IMG/VR virus record: IMGVR_UViG_3300027985_000432 | Source of the DNA: a virus | Strand: one strand, 5' to 3' | Length of the DNA: 14,661 bases | Shown here: positions 12,852 through 14,661 of the stretch, piece after piece | Layout: the number at the start of each line of letters is the position of its first letter | Numbering within the stretch: position 1 is the first letter of the stretch | Made by a program: the position numbers and the translations under genes | Notes under the pieces: model-generated | Seen by the model: the letters and a program-made list of their open reading frames with translations, nothing else | Database searches by the model: none | What the model was told of the DNA's origin: nothing

Positions 12852-13343
12852 TCATATCCCCCATTTTTCGATCTTCCACAGAATTGTAGGATATGGATGC
12901 TCTAAAGCCTTCATCTTTTCCATCGCCATACCAGCCATACAATTGATTGCTTTAGGCATCTCCATCCGAGCAATCTCTTCTGCAAACATTCGTAGATAAG
13001 AGAACTCTTCCATGTAATCTGGATGCGCAATGAAGTATGGTGTGAATAAGATTTCCAGAAAATTAATATTCTGCTTCTTAAAACACTCAAACATCAATCG
13101 AATATCTTTAACATCTGCATGTTCGTTATTCTCCATAACGTGGGTTAAACTAACAGGTTTCTTATTAAGAACGATGGATTCTAATGAAGGAATAACGATA
13201 GCTTTACTATCAATATCACTTCCTTCGTAGGCTAATCCATAGTTTTGGCTTCCTTGTAAAGCAACGAAAACAGGGTTATGACCAACTTCTCTTACGGCAT
13301 CCATATGTTCTTGTAATCTTTTCATCATCACTTCTTTATCCAT
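12852..13343 (-). CDS. minimal Pol-beta-superfamily nucleotidyltransferase, about 163 aa (GS...D.D motif)
   Basis: FVALQGSQNYGLAYEGSDIDSKAIV is the hG[GS]x(9-13)DhD nucleotidyltransferase signature. The pattern recalls the 'predicted nucleotidyltransferase' family of YcgL-like proteins (GS.aYG....SD.D). ORF-track 12852..13373. The better start is the MDKEVMM Met at 13341-13343, which has AAAGGAG 5 nt upstream. Confidence 0.6.
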   Translation of the reverse strand: MDKEVMMKRLQEHMDAVREVGHNPVFVALQGSQNYGLAYEGSDIDSKAIVIPSLESIVLNKKPVSLTHVMENNEHADVKDIRLMFECFKKQNINFLEILFTPYFIAHPDYMEEFSYLRMFAEEIARMEMPKAINCMAGMAMEKMKALEHPYPTILWKIEKWGI

Positions 13344-13357
13344 GTTCTCTCCTTTCT

Positions 13358-13888
13358 TTACTTTAGGAACCATTTTACCCCATAAGAAGATTTCCCAGTA
13401 GCTAATGACTTAGCAATCTGCCCTCTAACAGATTTTAAATCAAATTCTTTTCCACTTGTATTAAGAATTTTGTGCGCAGCCGCATCCAAATTCTTAAACT
13501 CACAACAAACAACTCGATTCGTTTGTGCTTCAATACTCTGTTGGGATTCTGTCTTTATAGCATCCCTTTGTGCACGCTTCTGATTTTCTTCGCAAGTTAC
13601 CCACTCAAGATTATATAAAGAGTTGTCGCGCTTATTGTGATTATTATGATCTACCGTCATCTCTTCCGCATTTGGAATAGGTCTCCAAGTAAGCATTACG
13701 AGACGATGAGCAGATTTAATTCCATATGGTGTTTTAATATATAAATATCCATTGGATACTAAAAACGCCATATTCTTTTTATGTTCGTCTCGAAAGTTTC
13801 CGAGAGTAGAAACATAAACACGGAATTCTCTGTTAAATTTCCATTTCTCCAATCTCAGGCTCAAGGTAGGTAACATCATAAGTTCCAT
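13358..13888 (-). CDS. HNH homing endonuclease (NUMOD4-like N-motif plus an HNH_3-type catalytic motif)
   Basis: EKWKFNREFRVYVSTLGNFRD is the NUMOD4-like module of phage homing endonucleases. AHRLVMLTW...VDHNNHNKRDNSLYNLEWVTCEEN is an HNH_3-type motif. Confidence 0.75.
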   Translation of the reverse strand: MELMMLPTLSLRLEKWKFNREFRVYVSTLGNFRDEHKKNMAFLVSNGYLYIKTPYGIKSAHRLVMLTWRPIPNAEEMTVDHNNHNKRDNSLYNLEWVTCEENQKRAQRDAIKTESQQSIEAQTNRVVCCEFKNLDAAAHKILNTSGKEFDLKSVRGQIAKSLATGKSSYGVKWFLK

Positions 13889-13899
13889 AATCCTTTCTT

Positions 13900-14202
13900 T
13901 TATTCTTCAATTGACGATTTCAATCTCCCAAAGGCATTTGGAAATGCGGCTTCATATTCTGGATGCACATCTTCTTCTTTGATGATGTATATTGAATTTG
14001 CCGTTTTCACCAAAATTACTCCCTGTTCTAAAATTAAATTTTGAACAGATGAAGTAGTTACAGAGGCCCCATCTTCAAATCTTGGATTTCCAAATACTTC
14101 TCCTTGAAAATGTGTCGTCCCGAGTTCTGGAGCCTGATAAGGATTTGCTGGAGGTCTTTTAGTAAGGCTCCAATTTTTTAATATAGGATAATCTAATTTC
14201 AT
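13900..14202 (-). CDS. hypothetical protein, 100 aa
   Basis: ORF-track entry. SD AAGGAGAGAAAA precedes the ATG. No family recognised. Confidence 0.5.
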   Translation of the reverse strand: MKLDYPILKNWSLTKRPPANPYQAPELGTTHFQGEVFGNPRFEDGASVTTSSVQNLILEQGVILVKTANSIYIIKEEDVHPEYEAAFPNAFGRLKSSIEE

Positions 14203-14212
14203 TTTTCTCTCC

Positions 14213-14494
14213 TTATAGTTGCATAGTTCTGACTAATATTCCAGTAACAACACCATCCCAAATCCAAGAACAAGTGACTGCTTTAATTGTAACACCGGGA
14301 TTTTCAAAACAGTCTACTTTATCAATAAAGTATTCGTGTGGCGCCAATCCGCAAGCTTCTAAAGCTTCTGACAGAGACTCTTCTAAAAGATATTCATCCT
14401 CTGTCTGTTCATTATATACATAATATTTTGTTTCACCCTGACTGCCTTTAAAAAAGTCTAAGACTTTCTGTACTTCTTCTGCTGGCTTACTCAT
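14213..14494 (-). CDS. hypothetical acidic protein, 93 aa
   Basis: ORF-track entry. It is the first gene after a consensus promoter. SD AAGAAGGAGTATTAAT ATG. Confidence 0.5.
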   Translation of the reverse strand: MSKPAEEVQKVLDFFKGSQGETKYYVYNEQTEDEYLLEESLSEALEACGLAPHEYFIDKVDCFENPGVTIKAVTCSWIWDGVVTGILVRTMQL

Positions 14495-14525
14495 ATTAAT
14501 ACTCCTTCTTTCATCTTATATATAT

Positions 14526-14554
14526 ATTATATCAGAAAAATAGATAAAAATCAA
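14526..14554 (-). promoter_or_regulatory. sigma70-type promoter TTGATT-N17-TGATATAAT (extended -10) for the cassette starting at 14494
   Basis: Minus-strand read: TTGATTTTTATCTATTTTTCTGATATAAT. The -35 is at 14549-14554, the -10 at 14526-14531. Confidence 0.6.
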
Positions 14555-14577
14555 ATTAAATTTGAGTAATAAAATAA

Positions 14578-14597
14578 AAGGCTAAGTTAATAGCCTT
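14578..14597 (-). terminator. rho-independent terminator after the partial gene at the window end
   Basis: Minus-strand read: AAAGGCTATTAACTTAGCCTTTT followed by ATTTTATT. Confidence 0.5.
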
Positions 14598-14619
14598 TTA
14601 TCTTCAAGTTAAATTCCTT

Positions 14620-14661
14620 TTATAGACTGCGTCCGAACATCTTCCAGTGTATAGTTAACAA
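14620..14661 (-). CDS. 3' end of a gene continuing beyond the window (...LLTIHWKMFGRSL*)
   Basis: An open frame runs to the window edge and ends TAA at 14620-14622. A terminator hairpin lies immediately downstream. Confidence 0.2.
   Translation of the reverse strand: MLTIHWKMFGRSL

Noticed and set aside
772-13230. All plus-strand ORFs in the track (772..1059, 1034..1327, 2240..2485, 6174..6398, 7895..8077, 8178..8411, 8741..9040, 8865..9074, 9892..10419, 10697..10966, 11264..11458, 12621..12836, 13030..13230), and the minus-strand ORF 8050..8319
   Set aside because: They lie antisense to, or nested within, well-supported minus-strand genes. Several sit inside the MVP and ligase genes. They lack SD sequences and promoters, and have low-complexity Ser/Leu/Phe-rich translations typical of shadow ORFs in AT-rich DNA.
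1-14661. Genome-wide stop-codon reassignment (TAG to an amino acid) to explain the in-frame TAG in pnk
   Set aside because: TAG terminates at least three other well-delimited genes (ending at 5359, 9627, 12491). The standard-code ORFs tile the window with SDs and promoters in the right places. Only local suppression or a pseudogene remains plausible.
1-14661. CRISPR arrays, tRNA genes, rRNA, or integrase/att sites
   Set aside because: No direct-repeat/spacer periodicity was seen. No intergenic region is long enough for a tRNA, and none has a cloverleaf-like GC-rich core. The only repeats are the promoter/terminator modules.

Overview
This 14.7-kb AT-rich window is densely packed with about 30 short-to-medium genes, all on the minus strand. 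They are arranged as a series of self-contained cassettes. Each cassette is bounded upstream by a near-perfect sigma70-type promoter (TTGACT/TTGATT-N17-TATAAT, often with an extended TGn -10) and downstream by a rho-independent terminator hairpin. Most genes have strong Shine-Dalgarno sites (AAGGAG) and many start/stop overlaps (TAATG, ATGA). This architecture, together with an HNH homing endonuclease and RNA end-healing/ligation enzymes, reads as an early or host-takeover region of a lytic bacteriophage of a low-GC host (possibly Firmicutes-like). It is not a eukaryotic or cellular locus.

The most recognisable contents are:
- a full-length major vault protein (MVP) homologue of about 800 aa, with its own bacterial promoter, ribosome-binding site and terminator;
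- an RNA-repair tool set, comprising a polynucleotide 5'-kinase fused to a C-terminal HD phosphoesterase (interrupted by one in-frame TAG), a DraRnl/Rnl5-type ATP-dependent RNA ligase with an N-terminal OB/tRNA-binding-like domain, and a minimal Pol-beta nucleotidyltransferase;
- a SpoT/MESH1-like HD alarmone hydrolase and a MazG-like NTP pyrophosphohydrolase;
- two lipoproteins, a SEC-C-motif protein, a tandem pair of small paralogues, and several tiny hydrophobic peptides.

The phage-borne vault-protein gene is the stand-out candidate for a previously undescribed system.
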